Assembly: GCA_963666565.1 (NCBI GenBank)
Contig: OY762911.1
Coordinates: 3,168,001 to 3,232,000 of the forward strand
Direction of reading: 5' to 3'
Source of the DNA: Thermoanaerobaculia bacterium
GTDB taxonomy: Bacteria > Acidobacteriota > Thermoanaerobaculia > Multivoradales > Multivoraceae
Length of the DNA stretch: 64,000 nt
Part shown: piece after piece, positions 19,860-29,571 of the stretch
How positions within the stretch are numbered: the first letter of the stretch is position 1
How the letters are laid out: each line of letters begins with the position of its first letter
The notes under the pieces: generated by a model
Databases searched by the model: none
The model's input: the letters and a program-made list of their open reading frames with translations, nothing else
What the model was told of the DNA's origin: nothing
Made by a program: the position numbers and the translations under genes

Positions 19860-21662
19860 ATGACGACAATCCGGCGTAGCGTCTCGAAGCTGTCCCGCCC
19901 ATTCGTCTGCATCGCCCTGCTGACCCTCGCGGCGTCCGCTGCCGGGGCCCGGGAGCGCTACCACCCCGCGATCGATCCGGAGCTCTTCCCGCTGCCGGAG
20001 AGCCTGGAGGCGGCGGTCGGCTTCTGGACCGACGTCTTCGCCACCTACACCAGCGACCAGGTCGTGCTGCACGACGAGCGCCACCTGGACGTCGTCTACA
20101 GCGTGATCGACATGAGCGACCTGCGGGCGACGGGTTCGTCCGAGCTCGAGATCGACCGCACCCGCATCCGGCGCGTCCGCGCCGAGATGAACCGCATCGC
20201 GAAGGCGCTGCGCGATCTGGCCGCGGGACGGCCCGCGATGGACCTGCCGCCGGACCTCCGCTCGATACCGGCCCGCATGGAGAACATCGAGGGGGGCCGG
20301 TCGAAGTACCGGCGGGCCACCGGCCTGATCCGCTCCCAGCGGGGGCTCCGGGACCGGTTCGAGGAGGCGATCGAGATCTCGGGCATGTTCATGCCGGGGA
20401 TCGAGCGGACCCTGGCCGAGTACGGGCTGCCGCGGGAGATCCGCTGCCTGCCGTTCGTGGAGTCGATGTTCAACTATCGCGCCCGCTCCAAGGTGGGGGC
20501 TTCGGGCGCGTGGCAGTTCACCGCCTCGACCGGCCGGGCCTTCCTGCAGATGGACGAGGCCGTCGACGCCCGGTCGGACGTCCTGCTCGCGGCCGCGGGC
20601 GCCGCCCGCAAGCTGCGGCGGGACTACGAGTCGCTCGAGGCCTGGCCGGTCGCGCTGACGGCGTACAACCACGGCGCGGGCGGCATGGCGCGGGCGGTGC
20701 GCCGGCTGGGCACGCGGGACATGGGCACGATCGCCGAGAAGTACCGCTCGCGCACGTTCGGCTTCGCGTCGCGGAACTTCTACCCGGAGTTCCTGGCGGC
20801 GGTGATCGTCTACGCGGACCGGGAACGGCATTTCCCCGGCGTCGAGCCGCTGCCTGAGATCCGTTTCGACGTCACCCGCCGGGACCGCTACGTCGCCCTG
20901 ACCGATCTGGCCGCGGCCACCGGCGTGGAGATGGACGACCTGGCGGAACTGAACCCGGCGCTCGACCGCTCGGTGCTCGCCGGTTCGCTGCTGGTTCCGC
21001 CCCGGTACCCGTTGCGGGTGCCGGCGGGGACCGCGGCGCGCTTCGAGCAGGCGTACGCCGAGCTGCCGCCGGAGCGGAAGCCCGACCGGCAGGCGGCGTT
21101 CGGCTACCGGGTGCAGCGGGGAGACACGCTGGGAGCGATCGCCCGCCGCTTCAAGTCGTCCGTCGCCGAGATCCAGCGCGCGAACCGCCTGCCGCGGGCG
21201 GACCGGATCTACGTCGGTCAACGCCTGCGGATTCCGCAGCAGGGTTCCGGGCGCGCCGCGCCGCCGCCGGTGCGGCGGGCGGCGGTCGAACCGCCCGGCG
21301 AACGGACTCCGACGCCGGCTACCGCAGCCGCGACGGCCCCGGCAGGCCGGCAAGGCGCCGGCGGCGAGGTCGTCCACGTCGTCAGGAACGGCGAGTCGGT
21401 GCATCGCATCGCGCGGAAGTACGGCGTCAGCGTCGCGGCGGTGGAGGCGGCGAACGGCTTGCGGCGGCCGGACCTGATCCACGCCGGCCAGCGCCTGCGG
21501 ATCCCGCGGGGCGGAGACGTCGTCTACCGGGTTCGCCGCGGCGACACCTTGAGCCAGTTGGCCCGGACCTTCGGCACGTCGACGGCGAAGATCCAGCGGG
21601 CGAACGGCCTGCGCGGCAGTCGGATCGTCGTCGGCCAGACGCTGCGCATCCCGGCGGAATGA
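19860..21662 (+). CDS. MltD-like lytic transglycosylase with three LysM domains
   Basis: SLT motifs LPFVESMFN, GASGAWQF, ALTAYNHG; three YRVxRGDTL-type LysM repeats. Confidence 0.9.
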   Translation: MTTIRRSVSKLSRPFVCIALLTLAASAAGARERYHPAIDPELFPLPESLEAAVGFWTDVFATYTSDQVVLHDERHLDVVYSVIDMSDLRATGSSELEIDRTRIRRVRAEMNRIAKALRDLAAGRPAMDLPPDLRSIPARMENIEGGRSKYRRATGLIRSQRGLRDRFEEAIEISGMFMPGIERTLAEYGLPREIRCLPFVESMFNYRARSKVGASGAWQFTASTGRAFLQMDEAVDARSDVLLAAAGAARKLRRDYESLEAWPVALTAYNHGAGGMARAVRRLGTRDMGTIAEKYRSRTFGFASRNFYPEFLAAVIVYADRERHFPGVEPLPEIRFDVTRRDRYVALTDLAAATGVEMDDLAELNPALDRSVLAGSLLVPPRYPLRVPAGTAARFEQAYAELPPERKPDRQAAFGYRVQRGDTLGAIARRFKSSVAEIQRANRLPRADRIYVGQRLRIPQQGSGRAAPPPVRRAAVEPPGERTPTPATAAATAPAGRQGAGGEVVHVVRNGESVHRIARKYGVSVAAVEAANGLRRPDLIHAGQRLRIPRGGDVVYRVRRGDTLSQLARTFGTSTAKIQRANGLRGSRIVVGQTLRIPAE

Positions 21663-23389
21663 TCCGCTTGCGGAAGCGCGGGCGCCGCTCCTTCGCCGCC
21701 GTTGCGCTCCTCGCGCCGCTGGGCGCCCTGCTGGCTGGCTGCGGGGAGGGCGCCGCTCCCGGCGCCGCGGACCTGGTCGTGCTGAACGGCCGCCTGGTCA
21801 CGCTCGCGGCGCCGGCCGAGGCGGAGGCGCTCGCCGCCATCGACGGCCGGATCGCGTTCGTCGGCTCGAACGACGGCGCGCGGGCGCTGATCGGCCCGGA
21901 CACCGAGGTCGTCGACCTGGAGGGACGGCTCGGCGTGCCCGGATTCATCGAGGGGCACGGCCACTTCTGGAGCGTCGGCGAGGCGAAGCTCCAGTTGGCG
22001 CTGGAGGATGCCGCGACCTGGGACGAGATCGTCGCGCGGGTCGAGGCGGCGGTCGCGGAGGCCGAACCGGGCGCCTGGATCCTGGGCCGAGGCTGGCACC
22101 AGTCGAAGTGGGCCGAGACGCCGGCGCCGGCCGTGCAGGGACTGCCGACGCACCATGGTCTGAGCGCCGTGTCGCCGGAGAACCCCGTGCTGCTGGGCCA
22201 TGCCAGCGGCCACATGGCGTTCGCCAACGCGAAAGCGATGGAACTGGCCGGCATCGACGCGGCGACGCCCGATCCCGCGGGCGGCGAGATCGTGCGGGAC
22301 GCGGCCGGCCGGCCGACCGGCGCGCTCCGGGAGACGGCCGAGAACCTGGTCGCCGGGCTGCGCTCCGAGAGCCTGGAGTGGAACCGGGCGCGGCGGGTCG
22401 TGGAGCTCGCCGGCGAGGAGTGCCTGGCCAAGGGCATCACCAGCTTTCAGGACGCCGGGTCCAGCTTCGGGCTGATCGACGTCTACGGCCGGATGGCGGA
22501 CGAGCGCGCGCTGCCGCTGCGCCTCTGGGTCATGGTGCTCGAGAGCAACGAGGCGATGGCCGAGTCGCTGGCCGACTACCGCGCGATCGACCGCGGCGGC
22601 GGCTTCCTCACCGTCCGCGGCATCAAGCGCTCGATCGACGGGGCGCTGGGGTCCCACGGCGCCTGGCTGCTCGATCCGTACGAGGACATGCCGGAGTCCG
22701 CCGGCCTGAACACGACCAGCATGGAGGTCATGGAGGAGACCGCCCGGCTGGCGAAGGAGCTCGACTTCCAGTTCTGCGTCCACGCGATCGGCGACCGGGC
22801 GAACCGGGAGACGCTCGACCTGTTCGAGCGGACCCTGGCCGGCGACCGCACGAGGCGCTGGCGGGTCGAACACGCGCAGCACCTCCATCCGGACGACGTG
22901 CCGCGCTTCGCCGAGCTCGGCGTGATCGCTTCGATGCAGGCCGTCCACTGCACCTCGGACGGTCCGTGGGTGCCGGACCGCCTCGGCGAACGCCGGAGCG
23001 CCGAGGGCGCCTACGTCTGGCGGGACCTGCTCGACTCCGGCGCGGTGGTCACGAACGGCACGGACGCGCCGGTGGAGGACGTGGACCCGATCGCCTCGTT
23101 CCATGCCGCGGTCAGCCGGAGGATGGCTGGCGGCGAGGTCTTCCACGAGCGCCAGCGGATGACCCGGGAGGAGGCGCTCCGCTCCTACACGATCGACGCC
23201 GCGTACTCGGCCTTCGAGGAGGACTCGAAGGGGAGCCTGGAGGTCGGCAAGTTCGCGGATCTCACCGTCCTGTCGCGGGACATCATGACCGTGCCGGAGG
23301 AGGAGATCCCCGGCGCCGAGGTCGTCTACACGATCGTGGGCGGCCGGATCGCCTATCGGCAGCCGCCGCCGTCCGCGCCCGGCGGATGA
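21659..23389 (+). CDS. Amidohydrolase (YtcJ-like) lipoprotein
   Basis: Lipobox LAGC; PGFIEGHGH, DGALGSHGA, HAIGDRAN, RVEHAQ, GTDAPVE, GSLEVGKFAD. Confidence 0.92.
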   Translation: MIRLRKRGRRSFAAVALLAPLGALLAGCGEGAAPGAADLVVLNGRLVTLAAPAEAEALAAIDGRIAFVGSNDGARALIGPDTEVVDLEGRLGVPGFIEGHGHFWSVGEAKLQLALEDAATWDEIVARVEAAVAEAEPGAWILGRGWHQSKWAETPAPAVQGLPTHHGLSAVSPENPVLLGHASGHMAFANAKAMELAGIDAATPDPAGGEIVRDAAGRPTGALRETAENLVAGLRSESLEWNRARRVVELAGEECLAKGITSFQDAGSSFGLIDVYGRMADERALPLRLWVMVLESNEAMAESLADYRAIDRGGGFLTVRGIKRSIDGALGSHGAWLLDPYEDMPESAGLNTTSMEVMEETARLAKELDFQFCVHAIGDRANRETLDLFERTLAGDRTRRWRVEHAQHLHPDDVPRFAELGVIASMQAVHCTSDGPWVPDRLGERRSAEGAYVWRDLLDSGAVVTNGTDAPVEDVDPIASFHAAVSRRMAGGEVFHERQRMTREEALRSYTIDAAYSAFEEDSKGSLEVGKFADLTVLSRDIMTVPEEEIPGAEVVYTIVGGRIAYRQPPPSAPGG

Positions 23390-23441
23390 GCCGCGGTGGT
23401 AGCGGCCCGGCGGACGCGCCGTCGTCGTCCAATCCCGACCG

Positions 23442-24014
23442 ATGAGCCGCCACCGTAGCGGCGCGGCGGCGCGCGTCCGCGGCGTCCGCGTGCTGGGCGG
23501 CCGCTGGCGGGGACGGCGGCTCGCGGCGCCGACGGGCGTCCGGCCCACCCAGGCGCGCGTCCGCGAGGCGCTGTTCTCGCGCTGGGGCGATCGCGTCGAG
23601 GGCAGCCGCCTGCTGGAGCTGTATGCGGGCTCGGCCGCGGTGTCGTTCGAGGCCCTGTCCCGCGGCGCGGGGTTCGCCCTGGCGGTCGACCGGAGCGCCG
23701 GCGCGCGGGCGTGCATCGAGGCGAACCGGCGGGCGCTCGGGACGGACGATCTGCGGACGGCCACGGCGGAGTTGCCCGCGGGACTCGCGCGCGCGGTGGC
23801 CGGGGAGGCCGCCTTCGACCTCGTTTTCCTCGACCCGCCCTACGATGCCTCCGGGCTCGGCGAGGCGCTGGCCGCGGCGGCCGCCGAGGTGGAAGAGGGC
23901 GGCGAGGTCGTTCTGGAGCACGCCAGCCGGCGCTGTCCGCCGGCGGAGGCCGGCCGGCTCCGGCTCCGGGAGACGAGGCGCTACGGCGACAGCGCGCTCA
24001 CGCTCTATTGGTGA
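23442..24014 (+). CDS. rsmD: 16S rRNA (guanine(966)-N2)-methyltransferase
   Basis: RVLGGRWRGRRL, RPTQARVREALF, LELYAGS, DLVFLDPPY, RRYGDS. Confidence 0.9.
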   Translation: MSRHRSGAAARVRGVRVLGGRWRGRRLAAPTGVRPTQARVREALFSRWGDRVEGSRLLELYAGSAAVSFEALSRGAGFALAVDRSAGARACIEANRRALGTDDLRTATAELPAGLARAVAGEAAFDLVFLDPPYDASGLGEALAAAAAEVEEGGEVVLEHASRRCPPAEAGRLRLRETRRYGDSALTLYW

Positions 24015-24021
24015 GCGGGGC

Positions 24022-24109
<88 letters not shown>

Positions 24110-24164
24110 GGGCCGCGGCTCTCGGGCCGGGCCGGCATTCTACACGGGCTGGTAGGCTCGTTCC

Positions 24165-24644
24165 ATGAACAGGATCCTGCCGGTCGCCGCCATCGTGTTG
24201 CTCGGAGGAACGGCCGCCTGCGACGGCGCCGGGTCGAACGGCGCCTCGGACGAGGACCGGACGGACATCGAGATCGTTCTGGCCGACTATCTCCCGAAGC
24301 TCGGCGACGCCTACGCCAAAGGCGACTTCGACGCGCTCGCCTCGGGCGCCGTGCCGAAGGAGATCGCGACGGTCAGGAAGCGCGTGTACGACCTCGAGAT
24401 GGAGGCGAGCCGCACCCTGCGGCCGACGCTCAAGAGCTTCGAGATCGAACGGATCGACGTCTGGCGCTACTCGAACGCGGCGGTGACGACGATCGAGGTC
24501 TGGGACATCGACTCGCTGGTCAGCGGCACGGAGCGGCTGCTGTCGTCGGCCACGGACCGCTACCGCGTCCGCTACCAGTTCAAGCGCCGCGACGAAGGCT
24601 GGATGGTGATCGATCGGCGCATCGAGCACCAGTTCGAGTCCTGA
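24165..24644 (+). CDS. Hypothetical lipoprotein (possibly NTF2/ARC6-IMS-like fold)
   Basis: Signal peptide with lipobox TAAC; typical codon bias; ends YRVRYQFKRRDEGWMVIDR; fold is a guess. Confidence 0.7.
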   Translation: MNRILPVAAIVLLGGTAACDGAGSNGASDEDRTDIEIVLADYLPKLGDAYAKGDFDALASGAVPKEIATVRKRVYDLEMEASRTLRPTLKSFEIERIDVWRYSNAAVTTIEVWDIDSLVSGTERLLSSATDRYRVRYQFKRRDEGWMVIDRRIEHQFES

Positions 24645-24659
24645 CCCGCGCGATCTTCC

Positions 24660-25988
24660 ATGGCCTCCGCGATCGCGATCGTCGGTCGCCCCAACGTCGG
24701 CAAGTCGACCCTCTTCAACCGGCTGATCGGCCGCCGGCAGGCGATCGTCCACGGCACGCCGGGCGTCACCCGCGACCGGCTCGTCGGGCGCTTCGAGGTG
24801 GACGGTCGCGGCGCCGTCGAGTTGATCGACACCGGCGGCCTCGTGCCGGGGGACGATCCGCTCGGGCTGAACGCGCAGGTCGAGTTCGCGGTCGAGGAGA
24901 GCGACCTCCTGCTGCTGGTCGTCGATGGCCGGGAGGGGCTTACCCCCGCGGACGAACAGGTCATGGCGCGGCTCCGGGCCAGCGGCCGGCCGATCGTCGT
25001 CGTCGTGAACAAGGCGGACACCCGGGCCGCCCGGGAGGGCTACCACGAGTTCCACGCCCTGGGCGGAGACGGGCTGGCGCTGCTGTCGGCGGAGCACGGC
25101 AGCGGTTTCGAGTCGTTGCACGAGGAGATCGCCGGCCGTCTTCCGGGCGCCGGCGAGGAGGCGCCGCCGGCGGCTCCGGCGGTGGCGGTCGTGGGCCGGC
25201 CCAACGTGGGCAAGTCGTCGCTGGTCAACCGTCTCCTCGGCAGGGAACGGACGCTCGTCTCGCCGACCGCGGGCACCACCAGGGACCCGATCGACAGTTT
25301 GCTGGAACGCGACGACGGGACGGACTACCTGCTGGTAGATACGGCCGGCATCCGGCGGCGTTCCCAGGCCCAGGACGCGCCGGAGGAACTGGCGGTCATG
25401 CTTGCGCGGCGCCAGATCGAGCGGGCCGAGCTCGTTGTCCTGGTCGTCGACGCGAGTCAGGGGGTCACCACCGGCGATCTGGCGATCGCCGACGCGGCCT
25501 GGCAGGCGGGACGGTCCGCCGTCGTCGCCTGCAACAAATGGGACCTGCTGGACCCCGGGAAGCGGGAGCGCATGGAGTCGGGCTGGGAGCGGGTCTCCGA
25601 ACTGTTCGCCCGGCCGGCCCGGGTCAACGTCTCCGCCTTGACCGGCCGGGGGGTGGGAAACGTCCTGCCCGCACTCGACCGGCTCGGCGAACGGCATCGT
25701 CTGCGGGTGGCCACGCCGGAACTGAACCGCGAAGTTCAGCGCATCGTCGGCCGCCACCAGCCGCCCGCGGAGCGGGGCCGGCCCTGGCGGTTCTTCTACG
25801 CGGCCCAGGTGGCCGGGACGCCGCCGACCTTCCTGCTGTTCGCGAACCGGCGGCTCAAGCGCGGCCACGCGTATCGGCGGTACCTGGAGAACAGCCTGAG
25901 GCGGGCGTTCGGGCTCGACGGCGTCCCGCTTCGGCTCGTCGTGCGGGAGCGCCGCGGCGACCCGTCGCCGCCCGGCCGTTTCGTATAA
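24660..25988 (+). CDS. der: Ribosome biogenesis GTPase Der (EngA)
   Basis: Two GTPase domains GRPNVGKS, DTGG/DTAG, NKAD/NKWD; KH-like C-terminus PPTF..F.N..YRRYLEN. Confidence 0.97.
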   Translation: MASAIAIVGRPNVGKSTLFNRLIGRRQAIVHGTPGVTRDRLVGRFEVDGRGAVELIDTGGLVPGDDPLGLNAQVEFAVEESDLLLLVVDGREGLTPADEQVMARLRASGRPIVVVVNKADTRAAREGYHEFHALGGDGLALLSAEHGSGFESLHEEIAGRLPGAGEEAPPAAPAVAVVGRPNVGKSSLVNRLLGRERTLVSPTAGTTRDPIDSLLERDDGTDYLLVDTAGIRRRSQAQDAPEELAVMLARRQIERAELVVLVVDASQGVTTGDLAIADAAWQAGRSAVVACNKWDLLDPGKRERMESGWERVSELFARPARVNVSALTGRGVGNVLPALDRLGERHRLRVATPELNREVQRIVGRHQPPAERGRPWRFFYAAQVAGTPPTFLLFANRRLKRGHAYRRYLENSLRRAFGLDGVPLRLVVRERRGDPSPPGRFV

Positions 25989-26046
25989 TCGCGGCCGCTC
26001 CGGTCGTGCCCGCGTTCCATCGGCCGGGGAAGCCGGGAGGCCCGCC

Positions 26047-26520
26047 GTTCCCAAGCAGTACAAGATCGCCGATGCGTGCCGGTTGCTGGACCTCCAGCCG
26101 TACGTGCTGCGCTACTGGCAGACGGAGTTCCGCGCCCTGGCCCCGAAGAAGGCCGGCGGGACCGGCGGCGACTTCAGCGCAGGGGACCTGGAGACGATTC
26201 GCCGGATCAAGGAGCTCCTCTACGACGAGGGCTACACGATCGCCAGCGCCAGGAAGAAGATCGCCGCCGAACTGGAGGACGGCCGGCTCCGCGGCCGGCC
26301 GCTGACGCCAATCGAGGAAGACGAGCCGGAAGACGGACCGCCGGCGGCGGGAGAAGCCGAGGAGGCGACGGAGGAAGAGAGCCCGTCCGCCGGCCTCGGC
26401 GACCCCAACTCCCTGGCCCGCCGGGTGAAGGCGTTGGAGGAAGGCGTCGCCGCCGTGGCCGCGGAAGCCCGCCGGCTTGCCGCCGAACTCGGCCTCGAAG
26501 CGGGCGGGGAGAGCGACTGA
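26047..26520 (+). CDS. MerR-family transcriptional regulator (start uncertain)
   Basis: YKIADACRLLDLQPYVLRYWQTEF...IRRIKELLYDEGYTIASARK; precedes tRNA-Pro(GGG); first canonical start (TTG 26083) lies inside the HTH. Confidence 0.85.
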   Translation, partial: VPKQYKIADACRLLDLQPYVLRYWQTEFRALAPKKAGGTGGDFSAGDLETIRRIKELLYDEGYTIASARKKIAAELEDGRLRGRPLTPIEEDEPEDGPPAAGEAEEATEEESPSAGLGDPNSLARRVKALEEGVAAVAAEARRLAAELGLEAGGESD

Positions 26521-26534
26521 CCGGCCGCGAACTG

Positions 26535-26563
26535 TTGCCAAGCGCCGCAATCCAATAGAGAAT
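26535..26563 (+). promoter_or_regulatory. Probable sigma70 promoter of tRNA-Pro/ribH-nusB
   Basis: TTGCCA (26535-26540), 17 nt, GAGAAT (26558-26563), 10 nt before the tRNA. Confidence 0.5.
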
Positions 26564-26573
26564 GCCCTTCGGT

Positions 26574-26650
26574 CGGGACGTGGCGCAGTCTGGTAGCGTA
26601 CCTGAATGGGGTTCAGGGGGTCGCGAGTTCGAATCTCGCCGTCCCGACCA
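26574..26650 (+). tRNA. tRNA-Pro(GGG)
   Basis: CGGGACGTGGCGCAGTCTGGTAGCGTACCTGAATGGGGTTCAGGGGGTCGCGAGTTCGAATCTCGCCGTCCCGACCA; 77 nt, anticodon GGG. Confidence 0.97.
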
Positions 26651-26677
26651 CTAACCGCCGAACCCCTCTGATCTCCC

Positions 26678-27157
26678 GTGCCCGACGTGAAGACCGCGGT
26701 CGAAGCGGCCGGTTTCCGGTTCGGGCTGGTGGCTTCACGGTTCAACGGCAGCGTCGTCGAGTGCCTGCTCGCCGGCGCGCGCCAGACGCTGCGCGAGAAC
26801 GGCGTGGCGGAAGAAGACATCGAGCTGGTCCGGGTCCCCGGCGCCTGGGAGATTCCGGCGGCCCTGGACGCCCTCGCCGACACCGGCCGATTCGACGGGC
26901 TGGTGGCGCTCGGCGCGGTCATCCGGGGAGAGACGCCGCACTTCGACTACATCTGCAACGAGTGCGCGGCCGGCTGCGCGCGGGTCACGGCGCGGACCGG
27001 GCTCGCCGTGGGCTTCGGCGTCCTGACCTGCGACGACGCGGATCAGGCCGCCGCCCGCGCCGGCGGCAAGGCGGGGAACAAGGGGGAGGAGGCCGCCGAG
27101 GCCGCCCTGGAGATGGCCCGCCTCCTGCCGTCGTTGCGGTCGTCGAGGTCGTCGTGA
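26678..27157 (+). CDS. ribH: 6,7-dimethyl-8-ribityllumazine synthase
   Basis: SRFN, VPGAWEIP, LGAVIRGETPHFDYIC, FGVLT, GNKG. Confidence 0.97.
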   Translation: MPDVKTAVEAAGFRFGLVASRFNGSVVECLLAGARQTLRENGVAEEDIELVRVPGAWEIPAALDALADTGRFDGLVALGAVIRGETPHFDYICNECAAGCARVTARTGLAVGFGVLTCDDADQAAARAGGKAGNKGEEAAEAALEMARLLPSLRSSRSS

Positions 27158-27702
27158 CCGGATCCGGCGGCGCGGCGCCGACCGCGGCCGGGGATGCGGC
27201 GGGTACCGTCGCGGGACGCCGCCGTCCCCACGGCGGGAAACGGCGGCAGGCGCGCGAGATGGCGCTGCAGATGCTGTACCAGCGCGAGATCGGGCAGGCG
27301 GCGCCGCAGCAACTTGTCCGGGAGTTCGACATCCACTCCTTCCGTTCCGAGACCGCCGACGCCGGCGCCAGCCTGCGCGCCACGGAGTCCGCGAAGGACT
27401 ATGCCCGGACGCTTCTGGAAGGGAGCCTCGCGAACCAGGAACCGATCGACGCGCTGATCGCGGAACAGGCCGACAACTGGCGGCTGGAGCGGATGCCGGT
27501 CGTCGACCGGAACGTCCTGCGCCTGGCGGTCTACGAACTCCGCCATCAGCCGGACGTGCCGGCGGTGGTGGTGATCGACGAGGCGATCGAACTCGCCAAG
27601 AAGTTCGGTTCCGAACAGTCGGGCCGGTTCGTCAACGGGATCCTCGACGCCCTCCGGACCGTTCTCGGCCGGGGCGGCGGCCGCGGACCTGCTGTAGGCT
27701 GA
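27154..27702 (+). CDS. nusB: Transcription antitermination factor NusB
   Basis: RRQAREMALQMLYQ, WRLERMPVVDRNVLRLA, VVIDEAIELAKKFG..SGRFVNGILD; follows ribH. Confidence 0.96.
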   Translation: MTGSGGAAPTAAGDAAGTVAGRRRPHGGKRRQAREMALQMLYQREIGQAAPQQLVREFDIHSFRSETADAGASLRATESAKDYARTLLEGSLANQEPIDALIAEQADNWRLERMPVVDRNVLRLAVYELRHQPDVPAVVVIDEAIELAKKFGSEQSGRFVNGILDALRTVLGRGGGRGPAVG

Positions 27703-27707
27703 CCTCG

Positions 27708-28259
27708 ATGAAGGCGGGCGCCGGGACGGGATACGCGGCGACGGTTCCGGCACTGGCCGCGGCGCTGGCGCTGGGCGGCTGCGGCTACACCCTGGTCGGG
27801 AAGGCCTCGAACATCCCGGAGGACATTCGCAGCGTGTTCCTCCAGCCGTTCGAGAACCGGACGGGGCGGGTCGAGGTCGAGCAGTTCCTGACCCAGGCGA
27901 TCGCCGACGAGCTCGTGACGCGGCCGCGCTTCGATCTCGTGGCGACGGAAGCCGAGGCGGACGCCCTGATTCGCGGCACGGTGACGGGGTTCCGGGTGGC
28001 GCCGATCACGTTCACGAGCGACGGGCGCGCCCAGGAGTACGAACTCGCGATCGTGGTCGATGTCTCCTTCCGGCGGGTTCCCTCGCCGGCCGCGGAGGAA
28101 GGGGAGGTGATCTGGGCGAACGACCGCTACCAGTTCAAGGAGAGCTACGAAGTCGAGAGCGCCGACAGCGACTTCTTCGACCGGGAGAACCTGGCGATCG
28201 AGGACAGCGCGGAGCGGTTCGCCGACACGATGGTGACGGACCTGCTCGAGGGCTTCTGA
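27708..28259 (+). CDS. lptE: LPS assembly lipoprotein LptE family
   Basis: Lipobox LGGCGY; FENRT, ADALIRGTV, C-terminal LLEGF. Confidence 0.8.
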   Translation: MKAGAGTGYAATVPALAAALALGGCGYTLVGKASNIPEDIRSVFLQPFENRTGRVEVEQFLTQAIADELVTRPRFDLVATEAEADALIRGTVTGFRVAPITFTSDGRAQEYELAIVVDVSFRRVPSPAAEEGEVIWANDRYQFKESYEVESADSDFFDRENLAIEDSAERFADTMVTDLLEGF

Positions 28260-28298
28260 CCCCCGCCCGCCGCTGAAGGCCCCGCCGCCGACGGAGGA

Positions 28299-28604
28299 TC
28301 AGTCGGTCGCTTCGGCCGCTTCGGCGGCAGCGGCGGCGGCCGCCTCGGCGCGCCGGTGAACCAGCCGGGACAGGCGGGACTTGCGCCGCGCCGCCGCGTT
28401 GGCGTGGATCGCGCCCTTGCGCGCGGTGACGTCGATCAGGCCGAGGGTGCCGGGGAGAAGCTCCCTGGCCTCCGCCGGATCGCTCTCCGCGGCGACCCGG
28501 AGCCGCTTGATCGACGAGCGGAGCTCGGACTTGGCGGCGCGGTTCCGGTCCCGCCGGATGCGCGACTGCCGGATGCGCTTCTCGGCCTGCTTGCTGTTCG
28601 CCAT
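28299..28604 (-). CDS. rpsT: 30S ribosomal protein S20
   Basis: MANSKQAEKRIRQ...NRAAKSELRS...KGAIHANAAARRKSRL. Confidence 0.97.
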   Translation of the reverse strand: MANSKQAEKRIRQSRIRRDRNRAAKSELRSSIKRLRVAAESDPAEARELLPGTLGLIDVTARKGAIHANAAARRKSRLSRLVHRRAEAAAAAAAEAAEATD

Positions 28605-28673
28605 CTCGTGTTCTCTCCGGGGCTCGATCCGTGAGCGTCGCCAGCGGGGATCGCCCCTCGCCGGCGGCGCAGT

Positions 28674-29510
28674 CTACAGCCGGTCGTCTTCGTTGTCGAG
28701 TTGCTGGAGCGCCAGGATCGCCTCGTCGGACTCGGGGTACTCCTCGCGGACGCGGAGCAGCATCTGGTTCGCCAGCTCGCGTTCGCCGAGTTCGATGTGC
28801 GCGACGCCGATGCGCAGCATGGAACTCGCGACCTTGTCGCTGTCCGGGTAACGGTCGGCTACCCGGCCGAGTTCCTCGATCGCCGTGCGGAACCGTCCCT
28901 GGCCCATCCAGGACTCGCCAAGCCAGTACTGGGCGCTGTCCGCGTCCTCGCCGTCCGGGAAGGTGTCGAGGTAGCTCTCGAAGCCGGCGGCCGCCCGTTC
29001 GTAGTCTCCGTTCAGGTAGTCCTGGTAGGCGGCGCCGTACAGGGCCCTGGGGTCGACCGACTCGGACGGCGGGGCCTGACTACTGGCCTCGATCTGCTCG
29101 CCGAGGGCGGCCAGGACCTCTTCCTGCCGGTCGAACCGGCTGCGCAGCAGGTCCAGCTCGTCGTTCATGCGGCCGAGGCGGTCGACGGACGCGTTGAGCG
29201 TGCGCCGCTGCTCCTGGGTCGCGATCCGCAGCGCCTCGACCTCCGCGACGAGCTGGCGCAGGTCCTCCTTCAGGTCGGCGTTGGCGCTGACGCCGCTCGC
29301 GGCGAGTTCCTCGACGGCGCGCAGCACGGCGGCCAGGTCGTCGCGGGTGGGAGACTCCGACCGGAACGCATCCACCTGCCGCTCGAGCGCGGCCAGGCCG
29401 GCCTCCAGTTCGGTCAACTGGGTCGCGGAACCGCAGGCGAGCAGCGGCGCCAGGACGACGCCCGCCAGTAGCGGGCGCCATCCGCGCTCCCGGCCAGGAC
29501 GGTGACTCAT
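28674..29510 (-). CDS. cpoB: Tol-Pal system protein CpoB/YbgF (coiled coil + TPR)
   Basis: Lipobox LLAC, coiled coil, LYGAAYQDY..G.Y, AQYWLGE, YPDSDKVA; downstream of pal. Confidence 0.9.
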   Translation of the reverse strand: MSHRPGRERGWRPLLAGVVLAPLLACGSATQLTELEAGLAALERQVDAFRSESPTRDDLAAVLRAVEELAASGVSANADLKEDLRQLVAEVEALRIATQEQRRTLNASVDRLGRMNDELDLLRSRFDRQEEVLAALGEQIEASSQAPPSESVDPRALYGAAYQDYLNGDYERAAAGFESYLDTFPDGEDADSAQYWLGESWMGQGRFRTAIEELGRVADRYPDSDKVASSMLRIGVAHIELGERELANQMLLRVREEYPESDEAILALQQLDNEDDRL

Positions 29511-29571
29511 GCCGGCGGGGCGACGAGGGCCGGACCGCGGCGAGGGACTCGCCGGAAGGCCTGGCCCGGGG

